Positions 1-10,356 are shown, numbered from the stretch's first letter. The stretch is 64,000 bases of DNA from Candidatus Latescibacterota bacterium (GCA_965215195.1 CBDCDC010000002.1:4096001-4160000), one strand, 5' to 3'. Translations and numbers: made by a program. The notes: generated by a model not told the origin, from the letters alone.

Positions 1-1
1 C

Positions 2-1933
2 CTAACCACCCAAGGTGTAACAGACCTTGGCACCTTTGTCTCGCGCGGGTTCGGCCGCGACACGGCCGCGGCCCATCTGGAGCTCTTCTTCAATGACCGG
101 CCCATGACCGTGGCCCAGTGGCCCAATGCCGGGCAGTTCGCCGCGATCACCGGCTTCACCAAGCCGATGTCCAACCCGTGGGGCCAGGAAGCGGGGGATC
201 TGACCGGCGGGTTCACCTACGACGGGGACCGGCCGAGCCGCTGGGCACCGGCCAACGACATCTGGGTGCACGGGTATTGGGGCTATGACTGGGCCAATTC
301 CTACGAGCGGGTCAGCCGTCTCGATCCCGAGAACCGCCTAGTGGAAACCGCCCCGCCCCACGGCAACCACCACTTCACCCCAGGGCAGCGGTTCTACTTC
401 CTCAATGTCCTGGAGGAGCTCGACCAACCCGGCGAGTACTACGCAGACCGCGTCAACGGCATCCTCTACTTCTGGCCTCCGGGCGAGTTGTCCGCGGCGG
501 AAACCGTGGTGTCGGAGGTGAGCGAGCCGCTGCTGACGCTGCAAAACGTCAACCACGTAGAGTTCCGCGGCCTGACCGTGGAGGCGGGCCGCGGCCGCGG
601 CATCGAGGCCGAGGGCGGCGAGGGGCTGCGGATCATCGGCTGCACCATTCGCAACTGCGGCACTTGGGCCGTGCGGATTGAGGGCGGTACCGACCACACC
701 GTGGCCGGATGCGACATCTACGGCAGCGGCGATGGTGGCGTCAGCGTCAACGGCGGCGACCGTCCTAGTCTGACTCCCTGCAACCACGCCGTCGTCAACA
801 ACCACATCCACCACTTTGCGCGCTGGAGCCGCTGTTATGTGGCCGGCATCGGGGCTGGCGGGGTCGGCATGCGCTTCGCCCACAACCTGATCCACGACGC
901 CCCGCACAATGCCATCCTATTCTGGGGCAACGATTTCCTGATCGAAAACAACGAGATCTACCGGGTCTGCTTGGAGACCGGGGACGCCGGGGCTATCTAC
1001 ACCGGCCGCGACTTCACCTACCGGGGCAACGTCATCCGCCGCAACTTCATCCACCACATGGGCGGCGTCGGCATGGGCACCATGGCCATCTACATGGATG
1101 ACTGCGTCAGCGGCACCCACATTGCAGAGAACACCCTCTGGTGCTGCCAGACTGCCGTCGTGCTGGGCGGCGGCCGCGACTTCGTCGTCGAGCAAAACGT
1201 CTTCGTGGAGTGCCTTCTTGCCATCGGTGCCGACGCCCGCGGGATAGACATCAATCCGGTCTGGCAAAACAACATCAAGGGACTGCGGGAAAGCCTCGAG
1301 GCAATGCGCTACGACGAGCCCCCCTACAGCGAGCGCTATCCCGAGATCGCGGGGGTCGACCCGCACTATGCGGCGGGGAAGGGTGTGCCGCCGGAGCACA
1401 ACCGGGTCGAGGGCAACGTCTGCTGGCACTCCCCTTGGATCGGCGAGCCTTGGCCGACCGGGGCGGACAATGGCATTGCCGAGAAAGACAACCTAATCGA
1501 CATCGATCCGGAATTCACGGACGAGGCCTTCGGGGTGCTGACCCTCGGCCCGGAGTCGCCCGCGCAACGCCTAGGGTGCGGGGTGATTCCGCTCGACGAG
1601 ATCGGCCTGATCCGGGACGCTACCCGCGCCACCGTGCCGCCGCACGTGCGCACCGCCCTAGAACTGGGGCCACCGCGGGGGGCTGGCGAGCCGGCAGGGC
1701 TGCGGTTGCGGTTGCGCAACGATGGCACCGACCCGGCCCGGGGCACGGTCGTGGTGGAGACGAGCACCTCAACCAGCAGCGAGCGCTTCGATTACGCCCT
1801 GGCTCCAGGCGAAGTCTTGGCCCGCGCCCTGACCGTCCGTACCGACGCCCGGATCGTGCGGATCTACTCACCTGACAGCCGCCTACAGCCGACGGAACTG
1901 GCCATTCCTGACCCGCAGAATAAGGTGAACTGA
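2..1933 (+). CDS. Right-handed parallel beta-helix (pectin-lyase-like/GH141-like) protein, 5'-truncated by the window edge
   Basis: The frame is open from base 2 (…ELFFNDRPMTVAQWPN). It has repeated beta-helix motifs (NNHIHH, HNLIHD, ENNEIY, DAGAIYTGRD, AIYMDD). Confidence 0.75.
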   Translation, partial: LTTQGVTDLGTFVSRGFGRDTAAAHLELFFNDRPMTVAQWPNAGQFAAITGFTKPMSNPWGQEAGDLTGGFTYDGDRPSRWAPANDIWVHGYWGYDWANSYERVSRLDPENRLVETAPPHGNHHFTPGQRFYFLNVLEELDQPGEYYADRVNGILYFWPPGELSAAETVVSEVSEPLLTLQNVNHVEFRGLTVEAGRGRGIEAEGGEGLRIIGCTIRNCGTWAVRIEGGTDHTVAGCDIYGSGDGGVSVNGGDRPSLTPCNHAVVNNHIHHFARWSRCYVAGIGAGGVGMRFAHNLIHDAPHNAILFWGNDFLIENNEIYRVCLETGDAGAIYTGRDFTYRGNVIRRNFIHHMGGVGMGTMAIYMDDCVSGTHIAENTLWCCQTAVVLGGGRDFVVEQNVFVECLLAIGADARGIDINPVWQNNIKGLRESLEAMRYDEPPYSERYPEIAGVDPHYAAGKGVPPEHNRVEGNVCWHSPWIGEPWPTGADNGIAEKDNLIDIDPEFTDEAFGVLTLGPESPAQRLGCGVIPLDEIGLIRDATRATVPPHVRTALELGPPRGAGEPAGLRLRLRNDGTDPARGTVVVETSTSTSSERFDYALAPGEVLARALTVRTDARIVRIYSPDSRLQPTELAIPDPQNKVN

Positions 1934-1936
1934 GCG

Positions 1937-1966
1937 TTGACATTGCGTGCGATTTTCGGTTATTAT
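1937..1966 (+). promoter_or_regulatory. Sigma70-type promoter of tmRNA
   Basis: TTGACA at 1937-1942 and TATTAT at 1961-1966, just upstream of the tmRNA 5' end. Confidence 0.75.
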
Positions 1967-1973
1967 GTTCCAA

Positions 1974-2331
1974 GGGGGCGACTTGGCTTCGACGGGGTCG
2001 GAGAAGCCCAAATTGCGTGCCGAGGTCCCGACACCTCGTAAATCCTCGGGAAACAATTAAGCGACGAAACTAACACGTACGCTCTGGCTGCCTAAATTTA
2101 GCGCAGCCCATTGGGGTCTGTTGAGCCTGCGCGGCGGGCCCCAATGTCAACTCTTGCAGGCTGGTCCCAAACCTTCGCCCGAGGGAATGGGACGAGATTT
2201 TTCGGGCTGGCCCGTTGCGTGGCCCGTTGGCCGGCAGCGCAACAGGCGAGATTACTAAGGCCGACTACGCACGTAGCATATTTCGGTAGAACCGGTCTCG
2301 GACGCGGGTTCGATTCCCGCCGCCTCCACCA
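1974..2331 (+). ncRNA. ssrA: tmRNA; tag peptide (A)DETNTYALAA*
   Basis: 5' end GGGGGCGACTTGGCTTCGAC; 3' T-arm/acceptor GCGGGTTCGATTCCCGCCGCCTCCACCA; tag ORF 2063-2095 ends in ALAA-stop. Confidence 0.97.
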
Positions 2332-2334
2332 TCT

Positions 2335-2380
2335 TTAAGCGCGCTCGTCTCTGCGGAGAGACGAGCGCGCTTAACTTTTT
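2335..2380. terminator. Intrinsic terminator between ssrA and the convergent helicase gene
   Basis: Perfect 18-bp inverted repeat at 2335-2352/2357-2374, followed by a T-run. Confidence 0.85.
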
Positions 2381-2385
2381 GTCTT

Positions 2386-5300
2386 TCAAGAGCTTAGGGT
2401 GTCGCCGGTCGTCTCGTCGAGCAGTCGGTCCCGCGTTTTCCCGATTTCTTCAATCACCGAGTCAATCTCCTCGTGGCATCGCCACGCCGGTATCCGCAGG
2501 ATTGTCCAACCGAGGTTGGACAGAACGCGGTCTCGTGTAATATCCTGACGCCGTTGTCGGCCTCTGGCGTCAAGGTGCTGATCGCCGTCAACTTCGATGT
2601 TCAGTTTGATCCCCTGTTCCAGCAGCGCGAAGTCTAGCTCGTACCCCTCTACCTCGATTTTGCCATAGGGTAAGAGGTCTTGGAGCTGCATGGCGTTGAG
2701 CAGGATTTTCTCCGACATGCTGTCTGTGCGGAACTCGGCAGAGCCCTCATTCCGGGCGACCTCCTCGCGCAGATAGGCCTGCAGGGAGGCCAAGGTGGGG
2801 CTCCCCAAATCGCCCATGAGTGGGTGCCCAAGGACGATTAGCATTCGACGGGCGCGGCTGACCGCCACGTTGAGGAGGTTCCGCTCTTTTTCTATCCACC
2901 GAGCCCCGCTCTTGGACATGCCGGGCGAGAGCACGGAAGAAAGAACGATCGCATCGCGCTCGTCTCCCTGTAGGCGGTGTGCGGTTCCGCTTACAAAATC
3001 GAGGTCGTCTAGGGCGGCTTGGCCGAATTGCGTTTTGGCTATCTGCGCGATGAGTCGCGCCTGTGCGGTGAACGGAGTCAACGCGCCGACGGTCTTGTAA
3101 CCGGATTCGATTAAGCCGCGAAGTTGTTTCACTGTTTCCTCGGCCTCGGCCTGATTTAGCCAGCTTCCAGTGGCGGGCCGCACGGCCGCGCCATCGACAT
3201 CACACCAGTAGATGTGACGATCGCGCGGGGACGTATCGGAGACATCCGTCAATACGGCGAGTTCACCCTTGTAGAACGTCTTGTTGAACCAACGGGCGAT
3301 GTGTGGGTGGCAGCGATAGTGCTCGTTGAGAAGAACTGGTGTTTGGGGTCTTGCGGCAAACTCGAACGCGGAGTAAGCCGAACCGTCTTTGTGGTGGATG
3401 CCGCGGTTGCGTAGATCGTCGTTGTCAAGCCCGGTCTGCGTGGCGATCTCCTGTAAGAGTCCATCGCTGAGGGAAACGAGCGGATTCAGTTGGTATGGAT
3501 CCCCCACGATAGCCAAACGTTTTGCGCGGTAGGCCAACGGCAGCACGGCCGCGAGGCTGCACTGGCTGGCCTCATCGACGATCACGAGGTCAAACAGGCC
3601 TGATTCCAAGGGGAAGTTGGAACGCGCTGTTAAGGCGGTGCATGCCCAGCCCCGCAAGTGGCCAAGCGAATTGCCAATTGCTTTTTTGATGCGGCCGCTG
3701 TCGGCGGAGATGGACCCGAAAGCGGCTAGGCGGTCAGCGCCGGCGGAGACGCGCGTTGCCGTGTCCACGCGAATTGCGTAGAGGCTTGCCGCGGCCCATT
3801 TCTGGTCTGCTTCGCGCACGCTAATAGCCGGGTCGCCCACCGCGGATTTCAGTTGTCGACGTTCAGCTCGTCCAATTTCCAATTGGGAGGTCAGCTTTGC
3901 TATGCGCTGATCAATCCCAGCCCAGGTGACGAGTTGCTCCAATGGAGCGTTTTCAGAGCAACCGAGTCGCCGGCGGAAGCGACGCGTGCGGAAGCGACGG
4001 AACAGCCACGCCCTCAACAACCGTCTGCTTCGTCGCTCTATTTCGTGGGAACTGATGGGCAGTTCAGGAGGGCTCGCGTTAGGCCAGAGTGTTCGCGCCG
4101 CCTCTTGCAAGGCTAGCCTGAGTTCCTCCTGCTCCTCTACAACCTGCAACAGTTTCACATCCAGTTCGTCCAGCCGCGCCAGTTTCTCCAGTAGCTGGGT
4201 GCGCCCCGTGGCGACGCGCTTTAAGCGGGTACGCGCTGCGGCTTGGCTGCCGCTATGCACTGCCGCCTGAGTCAACGCCGCGGTGATGCGATCCGGGACC
4301 TGCTCGCGCACACCGCGATTGCCGGTGCGAACTAACAAGCCGCTACTCACGTCCTTTTCCGCACGGTCGACGGCCACGTCAACCGCACCATTGTTGGTTG
4401 AGGTCACCAAGACTTTGTCGCCGTCTAGCCACGCGTTCGCAATCGCGTTGACTACGAGTTGCGTCTTGCCGGTCCCAGGTGGGCCGGTCACGACCGTCAG
4501 AGGTTCTCTGCGCAGACGCTCGAGAGTTTCCTCCTGTGATTGGTTGCATACAAGTGGAGCCGCAAGAGGCCCGGACGGGAGTCGCTTGTTTTCCTGCTGC
4601 GCGAAACCGTTGGGGAGAAGATGTGCCGCAGCCGTAGTCGACCAGTCTTCTCGGGTCTGCAGTTGTCGCAGTTCTTCGCGCAGGGTGCTGGTATATCCAG
4701 ACCACTCTGCCACAACCGAAATCGCGGCGTTGTAGACGCCCTTTTTGCGATCGATGTTCGAGTCGAGGATTCTAGCGTTGAGAGGCGACCAGATCTGCAG
4801 TCCGAGCAGGTCGGCCGTTCGTGCGGCGAGGGCCCCAAAAGCGTCGGCATCTCCGAATGGCAAGCCGCGACTTAACAGATCGCTGATGTCTTCGGCGACC
4901 GCAGGGTCGAAGATACCGCTTGCCGTGATGGCCAAATTGAACTCTGGCTCCATAGTAGCGTGAAGTTTCCACTGGTAGTTGGGATCTTGTTCCGGTTCGA
5001 TCTGGACAGCGAAAAGAGGGGCAACCTTGGGCGTGTGATCGCGGTCGGTTACGACGATAGTCGGCCAGCCGTAGATGATCGACCGGGTGCGATCCCTCAG
5101 TTTATCGGCGAGCTCTCCAGGTGCCGGCGTCGAGTCGCTTTGCCCGACCACCAGTTTCTCTTCCCCAGAGTGTACGAACCAAAGAGAGTTCGCTTTGACG
5201 TACGGAACCAGTGATTTCGCTGCTTCCGCTTCAACGCACTGTTGCGCGTAATTGCAGAGTTGCTGCCAAGGAGTTTGTGCATTGTTGGCAGCCGGTTTTG

Positions 5301-5520
5301 AAAATTTCGATCTGCTGGGATTGGCGTTCGTTGCCGCATTCCGCGAACCGCCCGCTGCGCTATCCGAGGAATCCTTGCCATCTGCGCAGTCAATACACCA
5401 GACCTTTTTTGACGATGGTGACCAGTGGGCGCGCTGGCCCTCCTCTAGCCTCGTCGCGCACGATCGGCAGCGTCCGGCGTACTTCAGCGAAATGAAACGT
5501 AGATCTTTGGGTAGTTCCAT
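2386..5520 (-). CDS. SF1 (Upf1/DNA2-like) helicase with N-terminal Cys cluster and C-terminal DUF559/Vsr-like nuclease
   Basis: Helicase motifs GPPGTGKT, DEASQ, GDPYQL, HYRCHP, HRLQGDE, NVAVSRA. C-terminal DFAL…IEVDGDQH…DITRD…GWTILRI. N-terminal CRSC…CIDC. Confidence 0.85.
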   Translation of the reverse strand: MELPKDLRFISLKYAGRCRSCATRLEEGQRAHWSPSSKKVWCIDCADGKDSSDSAAGGSRNAATNANPSRSKFSKPAANNAQTPWQQLCNYAQQCVEAEAAKSLVPYVKANSLWFVHSGEEKLVVGQSDSTPAPGELADKLRDRTRSIIYGWPTIVVTDRDHTPKVAPLFAVQIEPEQDPNYQWKLHATMEPEFNLAITASGIFDPAVAEDISDLLSRGLPFGDADAFGALAARTADLLGLQIWSPLNARILDSNIDRKKGVYNAAISVVAEWSGYTSTLREELRQLQTREDWSTTAAAHLLPNGFAQQENKRLPSGPLAAPLVCNQSQEETLERLRREPLTVVTGPPGTGKTQLVVNAIANAWLDGDKVLVTSTNNGAVDVAVDRAEKDVSSGLLVRTGNRGVREQVPDRITAALTQAAVHSGSQAAARTRLKRVATGRTQLLEKLARLDELDVKLLQVVEEQEELRLALQEAARTLWPNASPPELPISSHEIERRSRRLLRAWLFRRFRTRRFRRRLGCSENAPLEQLVTWAGIDQRIAKLTSQLEIGRAERRQLKSAVGDPAISVREADQKWAAASLYAIRVDTATRVSAGADRLAAFGSISADSGRIKKAIGNSLGHLRGWACTALTARSNFPLESGLFDLVIVDEASQCSLAAVLPLAYRAKRLAIVGDPYQLNPLVSLSDGLLQEIATQTGLDNDDLRNRGIHHKDGSAYSAFEFAARPQTPVLLNEHYRCHPHIARWFNKTFYKGELAVLTDVSDTSPRDRHIYWCDVDGAAVRPATGSWLNQAEAEETVKQLRGLIESGYKTVGALTPFTAQARLIAQIAKTQFGQAALDDLDFVSGTAHRLQGDERDAIVLSSVLSPGMSKSGARWIEKERNLLNVAVSRARRMLIVLGHPLMGDLGSPTLASLQAYLREEVARNEGSAEFRTDSMSEKILLNAMQLQDLLPYGKIEVEGYELDFALLEQGIKLNIEVDGDQHLDARGRQRRQDITRDRVLSNLGWTILRIPAWRCHEEIDSVIEEIGKTRDRLLDETTGDTLSS

Positions 5521-5827
5521 CCTCGGTCCTTAGAGGGTGCTATCAGCGATGGCGAATTGTTGGAATTTATCGCTGTGAAGCTCGCGGCCGGCGAGCCGTG
5601 TACTGCGGTTCTTCGCGGAACCGATCAAGGATGCGGCTAGTGGTGCTCGCTGTCGATCCGGTCTTGGCCCTAGCGCACCCGCACCAGATCGTAGGTGGAT
5701 TGTCGAGGCGATAGAACAGGAGTATTATAAAATCGGCTAAACTGAATGTAGGGCGCAAGGAACGCCCTAGACCACGATCAACCCATTCACTAAACCGCAT
5801 TGATTTTAAGCCGGAGAAAGCTATAAC

Positions 5828-6988
5828 ATGAAGATCAGCGACATTAAGGTTACGCCCTCCCTCGGCGCGGAAAATCGCCACTGGTCCTTGCTGAAAATTT
5901 TCACGGACGAAGGCCTTGTCGGCCTCGGCGAGTGGACCGCTGGGGGGCCTATTGAGCCGCTCAAACAAATGCTCATTGGCCGCGACCCGACCAACATCAA
6001 TCGGCTGCACTACGACCACCTGTGGCAGATGCAGGGCCGCGGCGCTGGCGTGGAAATCGCCCTGTGGGACATCCGCGGCAAGCAGCTAAACGCACCCATG
6101 CACGAGCTGCTGGGCGGCAAACTGCGCGACCGCATTCGCGTGTACTGCGACTGCCACGCGGGCGCGCACTGGACGCGGGAGGACTACCAGCGGCGCTGGC
6201 GGGAGACGCGGGCCAGCGGGCAATTGGATCCGGTGTACGAAACCAGCGCCTATGTGTCCATGGCCAAAGAGGTAGTGGCCGAAGGGTACACCGCCGTCAA
6301 GTTCGACCTTGACGTGCCCAACCCGTGGAAGCTCGACGCGTACGACCGCTCCATCAGCCGCCGGCAGCACCACCACATCGTCGCCACCATCGAAAGCCTG
6401 CGCCAGGCGATTGGCCCGTACATCGACTTATCCATCGACTTGCACGGTTCCTTCAACCTGGCCGACGCCCTGCGCATCTGCAAAGACGTGGAGCACCTCG
6501 ACCTGCTGTGGTTGGAGGATCCCATCCGCTGGGAGTGGGGCAATGTCGCTGCCTTGGCCAAAATCTGCCGGCAGACCGAGACGCCGATCTGCACTGGCGA
6601 AATTTTTTACGGGGCCAAGATGTTCCGCGAGCTGATGGAACAACAGGCCTGCGACCTGCTGGAGCCGGACATTCCCCACAGCGGCGGCGCCATTGAAATC
6701 CGCCGCATCGCCGAACTGGCCGAGATGTACCACATGTCGCTGGCCCCCCACTACATGCGCAGCGCGGTTACGGGTATGGCCGCGGTCCATATATGCGCCA
6801 CCCTGCCCAATTTCCTCGCCCTAGAGCACCACTCGCGCAACATCCCGCTGTGGAGCACCATGCTCGACCTCAAGAACCCAATTCAGCAAGGTTACATCGC
6901 CGTGCCCGACGGCCCGGGCTTGGGCGTCGATCTAGACGAAGAAGCCATCGCCGCCGCGCTACCTGCCGGGGTGCCGTTGTGGTCCTGA
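5828..6988 (+). CDS. Mandelate racemase/muconate lactonizing enzyme family protein (acid-sugar dehydratase-like)
   Basis: EIALWDIRGK, LLGG, KFD, DLH, WLEDP, TGE, PGLGVD motifs. Confidence 0.85.
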   Translation: MKISDIKVTPSLGAENRHWSLLKIFTDEGLVGLGEWTAGGPIEPLKQMLIGRDPTNINRLHYDHLWQMQGRGAGVEIALWDIRGKQLNAPMHELLGGKLRDRIRVYCDCHAGAHWTREDYQRRWRETRASGQLDPVYETSAYVSMAKEVVAEGYTAVKFDLDVPNPWKLDAYDRSISRRQHHHIVATIESLRQAIGPYIDLSIDLHGSFNLADALRICKDVEHLDLLWLEDPIRWEWGNVAALAKICRQTETPICTGEIFYGAKMFRELMEQQACDLLEPDIPHSGGAIEIRRIAELAEMYHMSLAPHYMRSAVTGMAAVHICATLPNFLALEHHSRNIPLWSTMLDLKNPIQQGYIAVPDGPGLGVDLDEEAIAAALPAGVPLWS

Positions 6989-7087
6989 GCCGCAACTGAC
7001 TCCCTAACGCGTTCAATTCTTGCAGGAACTCTTTCATTTTTGCGATGTTTAACGGGAGAGGGGCCGGACGCGGCCGACAGGGCCTTG

Positions 7088-7325
7088 GCGGCGGTGCGGT
7101 TGGCTCGCGCCTTTAGGCGTGACAAACCCCCGGCGGACCGCGTTGCGTAGCTTTTTCGCGGGCGAGACGCCCTCGCTCCTAGATTGTTTGCTGCATCCCC
7201 GGCGGATCGCGTTGAGTAGCGGCCAGGCGGCTCTCGGATGGGGCGTTTTTCGCGGGCGAGACGCCCTCGCTCCTAGATTGTTTGCTGCACACAAGGGATG
7301 GTTGCCGGAATTTTCAGACCGCTTC
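7088..7325. mobile_element. MITE family B copy with degenerate left end and internal tandem duplication
   Basis: Reverse-complement homologue of 20872-21039; ends in CAGACCGCTTC; 44-bp direct repeat at 7152-7195/7246-7289. Confidence 0.7.
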
Positions 7326-7382
7326 TTAGGTCCCCCGGCGGCGGGGGACTGGCCACGGGCCGCTAACCAAAAGGAGGATGTC

Positions 7383-9140
7383 ATGCCTATCCGTTTAGCA
7401 GTGTTCGCGCTCGTCATCGGTCTATGGGGCTGTGAGAGCGATGATAATGACCCGCTACCCACCGCTCCGCGAGAAACGGTTCTGCGCCCGAGCGGGGACT
7501 TGAAACCTTGGGATCTCTCCCCCATCGTCCCGGTCGACTCGGTTCGCACCATGCCCACCGGTACGCCCGTATTCCTGCGGACCGAATTTGCCAACGGCCA
7601 ACTCGCCGATCTCGAAATGACCTTCGTACGGGTGGTCGATACGTTCAGGCCGCCGATGCCCGTCTACATGGTCGAAGCCTCGGATCCTGTTTTGATACAA
7701 CTCGGGGGCATTGCCCGGGGCATGAGCGGTTCGCCCATTTTTACGGAGCAAGGCACTTGGGGGGCCATTGCGTATGGATTTTCCGGGCAAGACAGTCCGC
7801 CGTACTACTTTTTTGCCACGCCCATAGAATGGGTCATTGGCACTCAGGGAGCGATGCCATTGGCCAAACCTGCGGCAACGTGGGAAGGCAACCGCATAGC
7901 ACCTCTGGCTATTCCCTTGCTGGACACGGGATTCAATGGTGCCTATCAGCCGCACGATCACAGTCCGCCCCTCGAGGTGACCCCGGCCGGGAAAACCCAG
8001 CAGCCTCAGGAAAGCTTTGAGGCCGGCAGACCCCTCGCGGTCGGTTTGGTGTTAGGTGAGAATACCATGGCTTCGTTGGGAACCATATCGTACGTCGATG
8101 GCAATCGGGTATATGGTTTTGGGCATCCCATGTCTTCTGCCGGTCCGGTAGAGCTGCCCATAATAGAAGCACAGGTGCTCGGCGAAGTGTCGAGCACGTT
8201 ATCGCCGTTCAAGTTTGCGACGCTCAACCCGACCGTGCGGGGAACCCTGACCGAAGATCGTTTGCCGGCGGTGCGCGGGATACTCAATGAGGAGCCGGAA
8301 CTCGTACCGCTCAGGAGCGTATACACCTTTTCTTCCGGGCGTGTGCTCGAAAGTACACACAGGTTGGCGACGGTCGGTGTGGCCCCATCGAGGATAGTCA
8401 CTTTTGCGACTAGGGGTCTTTTTGCCCCATTGACCAGCCGAGTTGAAAACGAGCCGAACCATAGTGTGCGCCTCAGAACGGATATTTCTTTTGTCGGAAC
8501 CGATTCGATACTCGCTCGCTCCCGGCTCTACGCCGATCGCCACGGAGGACTCTCGTCTGCCATCCAAAGTGCTCAGTCGGACCTGTCAGACATACTCAAT
8601 CAACTCATAGGGCGAGATGATTACGCTTTGCAGCTACGCGAGGCCGAGGTCCACGTTGAGTTAGTACCTGAATCCCGTTTTGCAAAAGTGGTAGCGGTCG
8701 CTGCCGACACCGTCGTCCGCGCTGGAAGCACGCTGCCTGTTACCACCTCGCTGCGCGTGGGACGGAGCAGCGACCGGGAGATCGAGCTGGCACTCAGCGT
8801 ACCGGACACGCTTCCCGTTGGTGCTTACCAACTCGAAGTGGGTTCCGCCGCAACCCTGAGCGACGATCCGGCAGAAGAGTTTTTCAGTGGGCCATCGCTT
8901 GGACAGTCTGGTGTTTCTACGAGCGATGAAACGCTCGACGAGCTTTTTGCCCGACTGAATCGAACGGACCAAAATGTCCTCTTGAGCGTGCGTTTGACGT
9001 TTGTTAGACCACTTGAGGAAGGAGATGCACTTTTTGGGGCCTACACATTTCCCCCCACTGTAGCGGTTTCTACGCAGGAAGAGCTCGATTTATTTCTCGA
9101 AGGCGTTCAAACCCTTGAGGTACAAGTGGTAGAGGATTAG
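7383..9140 (+). CDS. SpoIVB peptidase S55-domain lipoprotein
   Basis: AAGGAGG RBS before ATG 7383; lipobox LWGC; IARGMSGSP; GTISYVDG…GFGHP. Confidence 0.75.
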   Translation: MPIRLAVFALVIGLWGCESDDNDPLPTAPRETVLRPSGDLKPWDLSPIVPVDSVRTMPTGTPVFLRTEFANGQLADLEMTFVRVVDTFRPPMPVYMVEASDPVLIQLGGIARGMSGSPIFTEQGTWGAIAYGFSGQDSPPYYFFATPIEWVIGTQGAMPLAKPAATWEGNRIAPLAIPLLDTGFNGAYQPHDHSPPLEVTPAGKTQQPQESFEAGRPLAVGLVLGENTMASLGTISYVDGNRVYGFGHPMSSAGPVELPIIEAQVLGEVSSTLSPFKFATLNPTVRGTLTEDRLPAVRGILNEEPELVPLRSVYTFSSGRVLESTHRLATVGVAPSRIVTFATRGLFAPLTSRVENEPNHSVRLRTDISFVGTDSILARSRLYADRHGGLSSAIQSAQSDLSDILNQLIGRDDYALQLREAEVHVELVPESRFAKVVAVAADTVVRAGSTLPVTTSLRVGRSSDREIELALSVPDTLPVGAYQLEVGSAATLSDDPAEEFFSGPSLGQSGVSTSDETLDELFARLNRTDQNVLLSVRLTFVRPLEEGDALFGAYTFPPTVAVSTQEELDLFLEGVQTLEVQVVED

Positions 9141-9251
9141 AGCGCGTCAAGCGAATTCGGGTGGGGAATGGGCTGGCGTCGGACATTGGGCGGGCTTTCC
9201 AGTTTTGGAACAGACCGACGTGGGGCTGACGTACGCCAGCCCCAGATCTCA

Positions 9252-10079
9252 TTAGGCGGGGTGAAGGATCGCGGAATCGGGTGACACCGGGAAGCACAAG
9301 GTCGCAGGCTGGTACGTCGGGAAGACGCGGGGAAAGGCGCGGCCCGTGGTCGTCTGGCGGGTAGCCGCGTCAATGTAGCAGACGCTGAAGGCGCGACGCG
9401 GTCGATTGGTGCTATTTGTCTCCGAGCGGTGCAAGGTCCAGTTGTGCAAAAGCACCACCTCGCCTTTTTCCATTTCCAAATAGAGCCGCTTCTCGTCCGG
9501 TGCGTACAGGGTGCGCTCGTCCGCCGAGAGTTGATCGCCCGTTTCCGGGATCATGCTGTGGTGCGAGCTGGGGATGATTTGTAGGCAGCCGTTGGCAACG
9601 CACGTGTCGTCGAGCGCGGTCCACACCGTGACTTGGGGGGGAATGCTCAGGTGCCAGCCGCCGACACCGTCTTGGTGCCAGTTGATCGTAACGCCCTGCT
9701 CGGCCGGCTTGTTGAAAAACATGGCGCGAAAGATCGAGACTTCCGCGCCGATGATCTTGGCGGTTAGGTCGCGGAAGAGCGGCTTTTGCAAATAGCCCAA
9801 GAACAGCAGGTCCCGCTCCAAGTCCTGAATTTTGCGGTACTTGAGCGAGGAGCCCTTAAACTCCTTGGTCTGCCGCGAAAGCTCGGGATTGCCGGCCGAA
9901 GGGCATAGCTGCATGAGCATGCCGTCGTAGCGCACTTTGCCGAGCATGATTTGGTCGATGCGCCGGCAGAGCGCGTCAACTTCCGCGCGGGGAGCGACGT
10001 GGCCGAGGCGCACGTAGCCCTGCTGGTGGAACTGGTCGAGTTCGGCGGCACTGAGCGCGGGGGCGTGGAGAACGGTCAT
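9252..10079 (-). CDS. Phytanoyl-CoA dioxygenase (PhyH) family Fe(II)/2OG oxygenase
   Basis: WHQD, VWTALDD…NGCL, LHRS…N…R motifs. Confidence 0.85.
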   Translation of the reverse strand: MTVLHAPALSAAELDQFHQQGYVRLGHVAPRAEVDALCRRIDQIMLGKVRYDGMLMQLCPSAGNPELSRQTKEFKGSSLKYRKIQDLERDLLFLGYLQKPLFRDLTAKIIGAEVSIFRAMFFNKPAEQGVTINWHQDGVGGWHLSIPPQVTVWTALDDTCVANGCLQIIPSSHHSMIPETGDQLSADERTLYAPDEKRLYLEMEKGEVVLLHNWTLHRSETNSTNRPRRAFSVCYIDAATRQTTTGRAFPRVFPTYQPATLCFPVSPDSAILHPA

Positions 10080-10104
10080 GGCAAGCTCCTCTGGGGGGTG
10101 TGGA

Positions 10105-10356
10105 CTACGCCGGCCAAAAACGCAAGAGGATATTGAGTAGAGCTAAACCGGAAGTCACCGCTATGAGTAGCGTGCGAAAACTTCCCTTGAGTTCGGATAT
10201 TTCGGCTTTGAGGTCAGATATTTTGCCCTCTACTCGAGCGATCTCGGCCTTGAGTTCGGCCTTGAGTTCGGCCACATCAGCTTTGGTAGCTAGATGATCG
10301 TAAACGCCTTCGAGTCTAGACAGTCGTTCTTCGGCAGTTAGGGGGGTCGTAGTCAT
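10105..10356 (-). CDS. Small coiled-coil protein with C-terminal TM helix (DUF1640/CCDC90-like)
   Basis: AAGGAG RBS before MTTTPL; LATKADVAELKAELKAEI heptads; hydrophobic tail. Confidence 0.65.
   Translation of the reverse strand: MTTTPLTAEERLSRLEGVYDHLATKADVAELKAELKAEIARVEGKISDLKAEISELKGSFRTLLIAVTSGLALLNILLRFWPA

Noticed and set aside
2300-2331. tmRNA 3' end as the att site of an integrated island
   Set aside because: I found no second copy of the 3' end and no integrase in the window.
2111-2338. 75-aa ORF on the + strand
   Set aside because: It lies inside tmRNA; only the tag peptide is coding.
7119-7382. N-terminal extension of the S55 ORF
   Set aside because: It is translated MITE sequence; the RBS and lipoprotein signal point to ATG 7383.
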